A stretch of DNA of 64,000 nt, taken from the NCBI GenBank assembly GCA_951804945.1, contig OX638154.1, positions 52,948,001-53,012,000 of the forward strand, in the 5' to 3' direction. Position 1 is the first letter of the stretch. Each line of letters opens with the position of its first letter. Made by a program: the position numbers and the translations under genes. This document shows, piece after piece, positions 1 to 22,100 of the stretch. This DNA is from Podarcis cretensis (taxonomy: Eukaryota). The notes below the pieces were generated by a model. That model was not told the DNA's origin, ran no database searches, and saw only the letters and a program-made list of their open reading frames with translations.

Positions 1-187
1 AACAACCTGTGGAGCTTTCTGTGGCCATAGCTATGGTCTGCAGCTTAGACACCTTGCTCACCAGAGGAAAGGCACCTCCACCTCATCCTAACTCCCTTCA
101 GCCAGCATATTTAGGGGTTAGGGTTGCTCTTAGCCTCAGCTGCTTGACTGCATAAGTAAAGAATGGGGATATATTTCAAATTCTCAC

Positions 188-2188
188 CTCTTTCCCTTTG
201 ACAGTGTTATTTTCTGTCCATTCTACAGATACCACCATTTTTTCCAGACTCACTGCCTTGATTGTGGCACCATGGACTGCACCTGAATAGGGGGGAAATC
301 ATTTCAAAAAAGGCTAGTTTCCTCAAATCAGAGAACCACAGAGGAACTAGATGCATTGAAATATCAACTAATCCGAAACATGCAATGTGAAACTTGTCAC
401 AAAAGTACAAACACATCTGTGAGCTTCCACTCTAAGCAGAAAAGTATTAATGGAGTACCATAGGTAACAATTTGCTGCCCTCTTTTGAGAGACAGTTCTA
501 GGTAATATAATTTTTTTGCAGTAATTCTTTCTCTTCTCCCTGGGTCATTTCCTTGACAGTCTTAATAAGTTTGCTTATGCTTAACACCAACTTGGACAAA
601 ACCATTTTCTACATACTAACATGGCCTACGATGTAGGAATGATATAATGATATATCACAATGTCTGAAATAAGGATATATCACAGTCTGAAATAAGGATG
701 GAGCTATGTAGAGGCATTGACTGGCTTCCCGCATCATGATTTTTGCATAATGCACAAACAGACACATCATGATTTGCAATATATTGCCAGGTGAAAAATT
801 ATGAAACAAGTATCACAATATGAACATCAAACTAGTTTTAGATGATGTATCAATATATGGCCCAGCCCTACTACTATTCCTAGAGAAGCTCAGTAGTTTT
901 TTGGCACCCCCTCCCCCAAAACACGGTTAGTTATACCTCTGCTAGCTATTGTTGATAGTTTCCAGGTAGTACCATTACCAACAGAATATGCCTTCTTATA
1001 TCCAAAGGTCAAAATTTATTTTAGAAAAGTGTCTGCAGAAGAGGCGAGGAATCCCCAGCCAAGGGGGGCATAGGTGATTCTCCTAGCTTCTCTAACCAGC
1101 CCTTGGGACTCTCCCCAGGCTCTGTTTGGTACCCACTTTGAGTGCTTTTGTCTGGCTGGAATGTATCCTTGAAAGTGATACTGTAATGACTCTTGCACAA
1201 ATCTTTCAATCCAGAAAAGCATGTGTGGATAGACAAACCTCTAGCTTTTGCGTGGCTGGAATATAGCCTACTGTACAAAGGGTTCCAAATTCTTATCTGT
1301 CCACTTTTGCCTGTGGCCAAGGTTTGCACCTCCACCCCCAAAAAACAAGCAAATCAATAAAAATACTTAGCTAACCAAAGTTCTGACCCCCCCAGAAAGT
1401 CTGTCCCCCTAACATAAACCATGGCTATCCCCATGCCTCTGGCCCCTGTAAATTTGCCCAGAAAGGAATGTGGCCCTCAAATGGAAAAATTGTATGTAAA
1501 AAGTTGTTTGAAAAAGTCATTAAACCATTTCGTAAAACTAATTGTTCACTATAAACTGAGGCAAAGTGATCCTGTGAACAGCTGCATTAGCAGCTTGTTA
1601 GCTTATAGGCACAATTCAGAGTTATGTTATTCACCTATAAAGCCCTTAACAGCCTGGAACTCAAATTACTAACGGAAACGCCTCATCTTATTAGCATTGG
1701 AGTGTGGGGGAGGGAAAGAATTTCACCAGATTTGTATTCAACTACGCAACGTCTGAGGCAGCTCTACTGCATGAGGGAACCTTGTTGCTGTTAAACAAGT
1801 CTGTGGATGGTCAGTGCCAGGATGGGAGACCACCGGGGAACAGCGTGCAACGCCTTCTTGGCTTCCATGACGGAAGAAGGGTGGGAGATAAGTACTGGAT
1901 AATGAAATAAAAACCAAGCAGGGGCTTCTCTATATGGCTATATGCTGGGTCCCTTCTTATCAGTAAGTTCCATTGCACGCCAGAAGGAAGGCGAGGATAA
2001 CTGCAGCGCATGCGCATTAGTTCTACAAAGCCCCAGAAGAGGCTGAAAACTTTGGCTACGGCAAGAGGAAAGAGACATACCTAAACAGATCGCGATTTTT
2101 GTCAGGCTCTATTCCTTTACTTACCATTACTACGCTGAATATTAATCACTGACCCGGGCTGAAGGCATCTATAAACGCTTGGGTCCAT
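188..2188 (-). CDS. KIF2C: Kinesin-13 KIF2C/MCAK, coding exons 1-2 (gene continues beyond the left edge)
   Basis: Exon 1 2188-2125 = MDPSVYRCLQPGSVINIQRSN-G|gtaagt. Exon 2 282-188 (ttcag|...|gtgaga) = (G)AVHGATIKAVSLEKMVVSVEWTENNTVKGKE. Phases are compatible. Matches the N-terminus of vertebrate KIF2C (IKIQRSNG..VSVEW..TKGKE). Confidence 0.9.
590..870. mobile_element. Truncated non-autonomous DNA transposon (hAT-like end)
   Basis: Ends in ATATATGGCCCAGCCCTA (TAGGGCTGGG-type terminus); internal repeated GATATATCACA..TCTGAAATAAGGAT. Confidence 0.4.
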
Positions 2189-2500
2189 AGTACTGGAAAA
2201 GTCTGGTTCTCTAGCGTCAGCAAAAAAAAAGGAGCACCTCTCACTTCATAGACCGGTATCGAAAAGAAGCAGCGTATCAACTGCCGCCGTTTTGAACGGG
2301 GCGCGCCGCAAAGCCTGCCGGGAAGCTACGTCTGTCAGGTGACGTAAATGCCTACAAAAAACTACATCTACCAGCACGACTTGCGGCGCCCGCCCCCTAA
2401 TTGTTTCCCCATGTTTTCTGGAGATTTACACTTCCGAAAATGACGTGCAAGCCAAAGTTAATGACATGGAGCCTACCCGGAGGAGCGTTCTAAGGGGGAA
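2000..2500 (-). promoter_or_regulatory. KIF2C CpG-rich promoter with CHR, E2F-like, CRE, ZNF143 and NRF1 motifs
   Basis: TTTGAA (CHR) at 2291-2296 next to GGCGCGCC; TGACGT at 2340 and 2441; ACTACATCTACCAGCAC (ZNF143/SBS-like) ~2361-2385; GCGCATGCGCA ~2006-2016. This combination is typical of G2/M genes. Confidence 0.65.
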
Positions 2501-3119
2501 ATGGCCTCTCTTGTGATGGAGAAGCAGCTATATAGGTAGACGAATGACGGGGTCTTTTAGTGCAGATTAATTGGTATCTCGTAATTTTTACCTTTTCCGT
2601 TTTCAACCTTTTTTGCGTTTTGCCCGATTCATTTATTTTTGCCTTTTGGTATACAACTTTTCCTTTTTTGAATCTATGGGAATCTCGTGACGATTGCCAA
2701 AATTCAATATTATGCACATATCGTATTCATGGCATTTTATCCCGCTCTTCCTTCAAGCTCAGGCACCCCGCCACCCGTTTTTATTACCTTTACACCCTTA
2801 TAAGATGGGCTGCCTGAGAGACACAAGCCCAGTGTCACCGAGGGAGTTTTGTGGCGGAGGGGGCATTTGCACAGGGTTCCCCAAGTCCGATGGGCTAGCG
2901 ATCAGAACGCTACATTTCCGGCAGTCCTTCATTCATTGATATACAGTAAATCGTAATTACCGGTAACTTCAAAATAAGCAGACTTTTTAAATTCTTGCTT
3001 CCGCCTAAACACGTATAAAACTTCGCTATGGGTCGGCATTAAAAGAAAGGAACAGCATCATGCCTTTAACAACACTGTTTTATGCCTGTTGATTTTTGTG
3101 AAGTTGGTAAGCATTCAAA

Positions 3120-3131
3120 TCTATTTTTAAC
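3120..3131 (-). terminator. snRNA 3' box downstream of U5
   Basis: GTTAAAAATAGA ~10 nt after the U5 3' end fits the GTTYN0-3AARRYAGA 3'-box consensus. Confidence 0.65.
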
Positions 3132-3141
3132 AGCAAAAAAG

Positions 3142-3258
3142 TAGCCCCACCGAAGCGGGGCCTCAAAAAATTAGTTGTAAACTCATAACTGTTCCTCTCC
3201 ACGGAAATCTTTAGTAAAAGGCGAAAGATTTATACGATCTGAAGAGAAACCAGAGTAT
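3142..3258 (-). ncRNA. RNU5: U5 spliceosomal snRNA
   Basis: Reverse complement reads ATACTCTGGTTTCTCTTCAGATCGTATAAATCTTTCGCCTTTTACTAAAGATTTCCGTGGAGAGGAAC...AATTTTTTGAGGCCCCGCTTCGGTGGGGCTA (117 nt). It has the invariant loop I GCCUUUUAC, the Sm site AAUUUUUUG and the 3' stem-loop. Confidence 0.97.
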
Positions 3259-3295
3259 AAACTTAAGCACCGTGGTAGATTTGCTGGAGTAACCA

Positions 3296-3526
3296 CGCCT
3301 GCTTCTTAGGTGACAGCAACTCCTTTAAACCAAGGGTTAAAATCTTGCTTTTCAACAATGAGTTATATTCCGGAATTTCTACTTGCTTTTAGAACCAGCA
3401 CATGTAATATTTCACAACAGAAATAAACAGAAAATACAGATAAAAGAATTAATTCAGCGCACTGCATTATGGTTGTGACTAAATGCAAAATAAGCTCACA
3501 AACTCTTCCTTCTTTACGCCCCGCCC
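3296..3526 (-). promoter_or_regulatory. snRNA-type promoter of U5 (PSE plus DSE)
   Basis: PSE-like TCACCTAAGAAGC starting 55 nt upstream (3313-3301). SPH/Staf-like AACCATAATGCAGTGCG (~3474-3458) lies next to a near-octamer ATGCAAAA (3483-3490) and a GC box (~3519-3526), about 200-270 nt upstream. Confidence 0.65.
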
Positions 3527-3900
3527 TCACCCAAGCAGTCAGCAGCGGCTGGATGCCCATATCTGTCAGTGGCTTCCCTTGCTGCTACAGACTTGTTGGG
3601 TCTTGTTCATAATGGTGGTTCAATTTTCTACATACAGTACTTGGAAAAATGACACCACTGGATAATTACGTAGTGAGCAATGTAACTAACACGCAGGAAG
3701 TAGCAAGGCCCCATAAAAATCTACACTTGGCTATGACAACACACTAATGATTAGTTTCTTTTCAATCTATCATCTCCAAGGAAGAAAAAAAATGCCCTTT
3801 TTCAAAAAGAGGATTTCATACTAAAAATATATATTTGCCAACAAATTTTCTTTTCAAATTCTAGTCTCAAACTCAACAATAACAAAGTTGCCAACCCGAA

Positions 3901-4147
3901 CCAATGGATTGAAGTTACATGAAAGCAGATTCTGACTAAACATCAAGAAGCACTTTGACAGTAAGAGCTGTTTGACAGTGGAACAGACTCCCTGAGAAGG
4001 TTGTGGACTGTCCTTCACTGGAGGTTTTTAGCACTGGCTGGCCACCTGTCCTGGATGCTTTAGTTGAGATTCCTGCATTGCAGGGGGCTGGACTAGATAG
4101 CCCTTGGGGGTCCTTTCCAATTCTACAATTTCTATGATTCTATGATA
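3901..4147 (+). mobile_element. CR1 LINE 3' end
   Basis: Typical CR1 3' region (TCCTTCACTGGAGGTTTT...GGACTAGAT...CCTTTCCAATTC) with an (ATTCTATG)n tail. Confidence 0.8.
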
Positions 4148-4219
4148 CCAATACTTGGTGTCTGTTTCTGCATTTTCTTTTAGGGTTATCACACTCCCCA
4201 TAAATACATTTTCCCTGTG

Positions 4220-4535
4220 CTGGTGGCCATCAATGCGTCCTGTGGGAGCAAGTTCCTTAGTTTAAATATGTGCTGCATATATAAACTACTTTTATCTGTT
4301 CCAAATCTTCCAACATTCAGCTTCATTGGATGTCCTTGAGCATTATGAGAGAGGAAGAAAATCTTTATCCTTTTTCTCCATACCATGCATAATTTTATAA
4401 TCTTTTATTATGTCACCACTTACTCACCTTTTCTTTAAACTAAGAAGTCCCAAATGCTGTGCCACCTTTCTTCCCAGGTGAGTTGCTCCATCCCATTTAT
4501 CATTTAGGTTGCCCCTTTCTGAACCTTTTCCAAGT
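4220..4535 (-). mobile_element. CR1-family LINE fragment
   Basis: Degenerate RT C-terminus (GHPMKLNVGRFGTDK..), similar to the copy at 22010-22615. Confidence 0.7.
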
Positions 4536-5266
4536 CAAAGGCGCACAAATGTGCGCGTGGAAACAGACCCATGTATGCACGAATGCCGGAGTGTAGGGAC
4601 AGCCTTTATTGCCCTGCATATAAACAACAGAAGAAGAAGAATGGAATTGCTTTAAGAACATATACTCCCCTTAACTGTCCCTCCCCTCTAGTGACTGATG
4701 CAGGGAGGTGGCTGACACCCCAACCAGTTATTATAGACTCAGCTCCTTCTTGGATTCTCAGATTGCACTTAGAGTTTCCCAGTAACAGCTCTTACTGATT
4801 TGGTTAATATTATTGCATTTACTTTAGGCCTTTTTATTATTACACCTTTTCATGTCATAAACTTTTTTCCACTTTGTACATAAACATTTTTATTGAAGTG
4901 CTTGTGGATTAGGCTTGCAGTAGCACACAATCCAGGCCAGATATTACAGAGTGCTATCACAGAAAGGGCCCTGTCAGAAATATAAAAAGCAAATAGAGAC
5001 CAGGTGCACACACAGATCTCCTCTCCTTAACAGATCTTAGGTAACAGCAAACATAAACAGTAGCTACTGCCATGGTGATTATTCCAATCACTCTGGGCTA
5101 CTTTGCTGCATCATTTTGGCTGGCTAGCACCACCTGCCAGTTACCAGCATAGCAACTATAGAAACTCCATATGCTGTTGTAGTCCTTTCCTGCAAGGAAG
5201 AACAAGTGCCCAGTGCCTTCCAAATAAACACCACCCTTTGTGGAACAGCAGCAGCAGTCACTCCTC

Positions 5267-16410
<11,144 letters not shown>

Positions 16411-16853
16411 GAAAGGAGGAAGACCACCCCTTTCTCCTTTCAGGACTAGGCTTTCCTTCTAATGAAGATAAGTCAGCATAGAAATGCCTACTGTCTTCCT
16501 TTGTATACTTCTCTGTGTGTTTTGTGTATAAATGAAACAACTAAAAGATTATGCATCTCTAATCCACCCACGTCTGTGATTTTCTCTGTATTTTTAATTA
16601 AGGATATGGGGGCTGTTTTTAAGGGTGCATCTGGCAGGATTGTATGTACTTACCCATCTGCACACCAGAGGGTAGTTATAGTCTGCTCTGCCTGCAACTG
16701 ACCATATAAACTAAAGCACAACATCAGTTAATATTTTCTTTCCACAGACTATACCATACCACAAGGAGAGCTTTCTCCTGACCTTCCCATTGGCAGCAGA
16801 ACACAAAAATGTGTTCAGAATAACTGTTTGTACATATGATCCCTAATAATGTA

Positions 16854-17022
16854 CCGTATTTTTTGCACCATAACACTCACTTTTTTCCTCCTAAAAAGTA
16901 AGGGGAAATGTCTGTGCGTGTTATGGAGGGAATGCCTACGGGTGGCATGCCTACGGATTTTCCTCCTCTAAAAACTACGTGCGTGTTATGGTCGGGTGCG
17001 TGTTATAGAGCGAAAAATACGG
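16854..17022. mobile_element. Tc1/mariner (pogo/Tigger-type) MITE
   Basis: TA|CCGTATTTTTTGC...CGAAAAATACGG|TA terminal inverted repeats with a TA target duplication. Confidence 0.8.
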
Positions 17023-19112
17023 TAATTCTTCTGCCATGATTATCTAGAGTCTTCCTTGTTGTGTGTGTCTGTCCATGTCAATCACTACAAGATTAAAGAC
17101 ATTCACACATGCATGGCACATTAGTCTATCAATAGCTGTTAACTGGAACATCCTATATTCAGAGGCTGCCTCATTAGCAAATGCTGAGGACGCTGCCTTT
17201 GGCTTTGTTTATGCATTGGAGAGGATATAACAGAGGCACCTTTTTAGTCCTAAAAAAAATAATACAAAAATCCGCCGTAAAACCAAACTGCCTCTATTAA
17301 AGTAGGCTGATAGGATCATGTTTCTAATTCTTTCTCTGAGTCAATTTCAGTGTGATTACTTTATATTGGAAGTCATGTACTTGAAGTGCTTGTGAAATGC
17401 AAAAAAACACAAAAAATATTGCTGAAACATTCACCCTCTTCCTTTAGAATTAGTGCCCCATCCACCCTTTTGAAGTGATCAATTCTGCAAGTCTTCCCTC
17501 TTTAATCTTTAAGGGATCACCACTGGATAATATTTTAGTGTATTATATTTTAGTGATGTCAAGGGATGCCAACAACAACAAGAAGAAGAAGGTTCTCTCT
17601 GTGACTGCAAGAGTCATTCCCCTCTGAAAATTCTAAGCATCTTGGTAATATCTGCTAAATTAGCATTTTAAAGTGGTTCTGTCCCTACCTCCTAGAAACT
17701 GTTCTGGTCAGTACCCCAGAGGATAATCCTTTCCCACTCATCTAGAATCTCTTTGAAAAAGAAATGTCAGCGTTTGCCTATTTCCTTTAGGTAGGAAATG
17801 CTGGCTGTCATGGTACCAGCAGGGATGTATGTAAGAGGCCACCCTGGCTTAGTAAAGTCTAAGTTTTAGAATTGGCTAAGACCAATACCAATAAATGTAG
17901 GCTACCAAGAAGTAACATCTTCTATTTTTGTTTCTTTAGAAGCTGCTTGCTCTCTTTGATGTTTCCTTCCGTATGTGCTCATCAATAAGTGCATTCCTGT
18001 GTTTGTGGGCTCTAAAACTGGTGCAAATCTATAGGACGCCTTCTTTTTTTTAAACCATTGTACTGTGCCTAGTTACTTTAGCAACTTAACAAAATATGTC
18101 TCTCCCACATCTCTACAGCCACAAGAGGAGTTGCAAACTTCCAACAGTTTGACTTCACCTCCAAAGGTGCATTCCTCCACTGTCTCCCGAGACAAATGAA
18201 TGCCAACAAAAATTAGTACATAATATGGAAAACAAATAATTGCACACAAGCTACTTTCATATTCATGCCCCAAATGTCTCCTAGATCAGAGAGCAATAAA
18301 ACAAAGAGGGAAATGATTCTGAAGCAACTTCACATAAACAGTATAACAAGAGAAGCAGCCCCCAAGCTGACTTCCTTTTAGACTCCGTGCTTTTCTTCTG
18401 TGTCTTTTTCTTCATTCAGTAGCCATAAACCTATTGCCCTGTTTTGTTCCACATCAACATGGCTTCTACTATAGTTGAGAATCTTACTTGTATTGGGCCT
18501 CATTCAGTTTTATTCCCAATATTGTGGTGATTACTTTCAGTGCCTAATATTTTCAATGGCAATTTTGTCGAGAATGTCCTACTGAAAAAGGGAGGTGCAA
18601 CACCATTGCTCACTCCAGATACAGAAAAGGAGTAGGGATGGAGTACTTGACCAAAGATATCAGGTAGAAAGATTCCATTCAGCTTTCTGTCATCCTTTTA
18701 GACTACCTCATGCCAGTCTCCAGCTTGTGGTGGTCGACTTATTATTTGGTATGAGCCTATTTTAGTTTTGCATGTTGCAGAGTTGTCCTGTAGCTTGCTA
18801 ATGAAATACACATGATTCACCAGATCCTCCCAAGGGGAACCTTTATGCATATAAATTAAACTCAGCAAAAGTATTTTTCCTTCCTATGTCCTTTCTGATT
18901 TGTCACATTTTACTTACTCTTACCCTTATATAATCAACTACCTTCAACATTCCTTCTCTGCTCCCCTAACACCCAACTGGGCAGTATATATGGTTCTTCA
19001 AGAAACCCCTTTCTTGCCTTTGTGCTGCAGTATGCTCACATGCATCAACCTTCCCCTCTTTTTTCATTTCCCCCATCTCTCCCTGTTACCTTCCTGGCTG
19101 TGGCACTGGCAG

Positions 19113-22100
19113 CACCCAGAAACAGAAACCAAAGGCTTCTCCATACCTTCCTAGGTAAATACGAAGTATAGTTTGGATTTTCCTTTGCAGGGGTATATTT
19201 CTCTCCACATTCTGCTGTCGCAATAGAAATTGGCAATGAGACAATTGCTCTACTTGACTTTAAAAGCCAGATATACAGTATATCAATATACAGTGGATCA
19301 ATTGCTCTCTACTTTTCTTGTAACCCAGCTTTATTGCTTAATCTAGCAAGGTTCTGATTTGGTGGGGAACTGCCATTTTGCTGTTCAAGAAGGGGAAAGG
19401 TGCTGCTTGCTGTTGAAGGACAGGGGCAACAGCTGAAGAGCAGTGGGTTAATAAGCCTCTGATTATTTCAGGAAATTTGAAGCAGTGCTCGAGTGGCCAC
19501 AATCCCAGCAGAATGAAAGAAGACAATTAGGGTTCATCCTTGATAGAGTAAAAGGCGCCCCACCGGGAGATGGGGCTGTCCGGCTAACTGGTTACCATCA
19601 GAAAACTGGTCAGGTATGGAACATGTGTGGCTCTGTCAATAGCCCCAGTGTCATAGTTGGTGTTCAGCTAGCACCCTGGTTCAGCATTCTAGCAGAACCA
19701 TCCTGGAGTTCTTTATTATTTTAGGAAGAAACACCAAGAAAGCTTAAAAAGGAAGTTGGACCATGTGTTACATTTTTCTCAAACTTGATTTCAGGTGATT
19801 ACCACCAAGGACTCGGGACTGAATTACTGCACCGATTCCATGAGATCCAATATTAAACATGGCTACTTTGTGTTTGGAGAACAGGAGGTACAGAATGGTG
19901 CTTTGGCAGGAGAGTGTTAGGCTTGGAGATGGACTTAGGTTTACATCCCAGTCCAGCTGGGAAGTTCACAGAGTGTCCTCAGACAGGTTATTATCCTTGC
20001 ACTGATTGGGTGGTTACTTAGCACTACCATTGCTGCAAGCGCTAGAATACTGTCAGTGGCGTAGCGTGGGGGGTGCAGGGGGGGCCGGCCGCACCGGGCG
20101 CAACATCTGGGGGTTAGGGATAGGGGTAGGGTTAGGGGGTGCAAATCCACGGGTTAGGGGGCACAAATTACTTGCCTTGCCCCGGGTGCTGACAACCCAC
20201 GCTACGCCACTGAATACTGTACAGTGGTATCTTGGGTTACAGACGCTTCAGGTTACAGACTCCGCTAACCCAGAAATAGCACCTCGGGTTAAGAACTTTG
20301 CTTCAGGATGAGAACAGAAATCGTGTGGCAGCGGTGCAGCGGGAGGACCCATTAGCTAAAGTGGTGCTTCAGGTTAAGAACAGTTTCAGGTTAAGAACGG
20401 ACCTCCAGAATGAATTAAATTCCTAACCCGAGGTACCACTGTATTTGTGTCTCAGAAGCCAAGTTTGCTCAGACCTCACCACAACTCAGTCACCTGTTAC
20501 CAGAAATGGTAGACCAGTTCTCTGATGCTAGATAAGTATTTACATTGGTTTAGAGTATTTACTTTCCCCAATCCTGGGGATAATTCTTGTGGATGCCCAT
20601 GCTTAACTATAAGAAGCACTCATGTTGCTTGTTTGCAAAATATGGGCTTTGGGTTTTCTTGCCAATGGTGTAAAAGCAGTTCTGAGCTCAGAGAAAAACA
20701 TGCTCATTCCTAATCCATGAAAACAGTTAGGTGGTTTTTGAGTATGGTGTATGGCAGAGGGATTGAAGGGTAGAAAGTGCTGGAAATTATAGCACTACTC
20801 TTGGCTCACCTGAACTGCTTCTTTTTGTTTCCTTCAGGAAACCTTCTGGGATGTTGAGCCACAGCAGGACATGATCCTTATTGCTCGCTTTTACCACTGG
20901 CCCAGTGGGAGGGTGGCACCCACCCCCTGGGACAAAGGATTCAAGCCTCAACACCAGCCACTACTAGGGAGTGATGAATGGCTGGCTGCCTGGGCTGTGC
21001 TCAGACTGACCAAGATGTATAAATCCCATAAAGTGATGGTTACAGGTATGCTGCAGGCATTTCTGGTTGCCTGGTGCTATGATTCCCCACAGGAATTAAG
21101 GTTTTCCTATTACTAGTCTAGGAATTAAGTTTTCTGCATTCTGCTTTCACAGGTGCAATGAAGAAAGGGGAACCTGGGATGCCTGTCTGGAACACAGGGA
21201 CTCATACACTGACTCTGTATCATGGCCCTGTGCCACCTGTTGTAGCTCTGTCAGTGATGGTAAGTCCACTCCTGTAAAGCAAACCAAGGTTAACCAGGTA
21301 GGTAAAGTACGCCAATATTAATACCAGCAAAAGGCTGAAGAGATGTTAAACATCTAATGACTCGTTCAGTCTTGCTGCTCTTATTGATGCAATACTCCTT
21401 ACTGGCTTACTCTAGTAAAGACTTACAACTGTAATCTTCATAGAGCAGTATTTTATATGGAAGCAACAGTATGTAATACTTAAGAGGACTGAATCATTAG
21501 TTAAGCCTCCATTCTGTTGTGTGTTGATTCCTTGGACCATATCCAGTGCTGCAGCTCCACTGGAATAAAACACTGCTATGCATGCAGTAGAAGCACATGG
21601 GGGCAGAAGAAATGGAATTTCTGTTGTGCCAGTGAAGCTATGTGCACAGAGCACAGGATAAAGCCCCATGTTTTAAGCTGTGCCTTATTATGCTTTCCTC
21701 TTGTTTCATTCCCATCTGCACATAATGCTTTGCTCCTAGTCAATGGAAGAGAATCATCAGGACTTCAAGATATATGGTGATGCTACTTTAAGACTGCACG
21801 TCTTCAGCACCCAGAAACCTGAGCAGCCTTTCCCACCAGAGTCACCACCTCCACTTGACCCAGCAAAAACCTGGCCTCATGTGAGTGCTGGGCAAGGACG
21901 GTTTTACAGTCCCTACAGGGCTTGGGATAATTGGGACAGACCTTCCACCTCCACTCAGTACACAATCTGGCTGCACACGTATTATACCTTTAAAGTGTAT
22001 CTGAAGAACCTCCTTTCCTTCAAAGAATTCTGGGCACTGCAATTTACAGTTCTTTTATCTGTCCTGAATCTTCCAAAATTCAGCTTCATTGGGTCTTCAG

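Noticed and set aside
1021-1341. 106-aa minus-strand ORF in KIF2C intron 1
   Set aside because: Non-ATG start, no recognisable homology, and KIF2C exons 1 and 2 already join in frame.
2075-2124. Second donor AG|GTATGT 44 nt downstream of the KIF2C exon 1 donor
   Set aside because: The extension hits TAA immediately (GGT AAG TAA); no evidence of use.
17786-18663. Possible small exons or an independent start (MLAVMVPAGMY, 18119-18166, ~18619-18663) for the downstream coding region
   Set aside because: They are phase 0-0 and I could not link them in phase to the phase-2 exon at 19472; weak signals and no recognisable homology. They are left open only as an alternative model.
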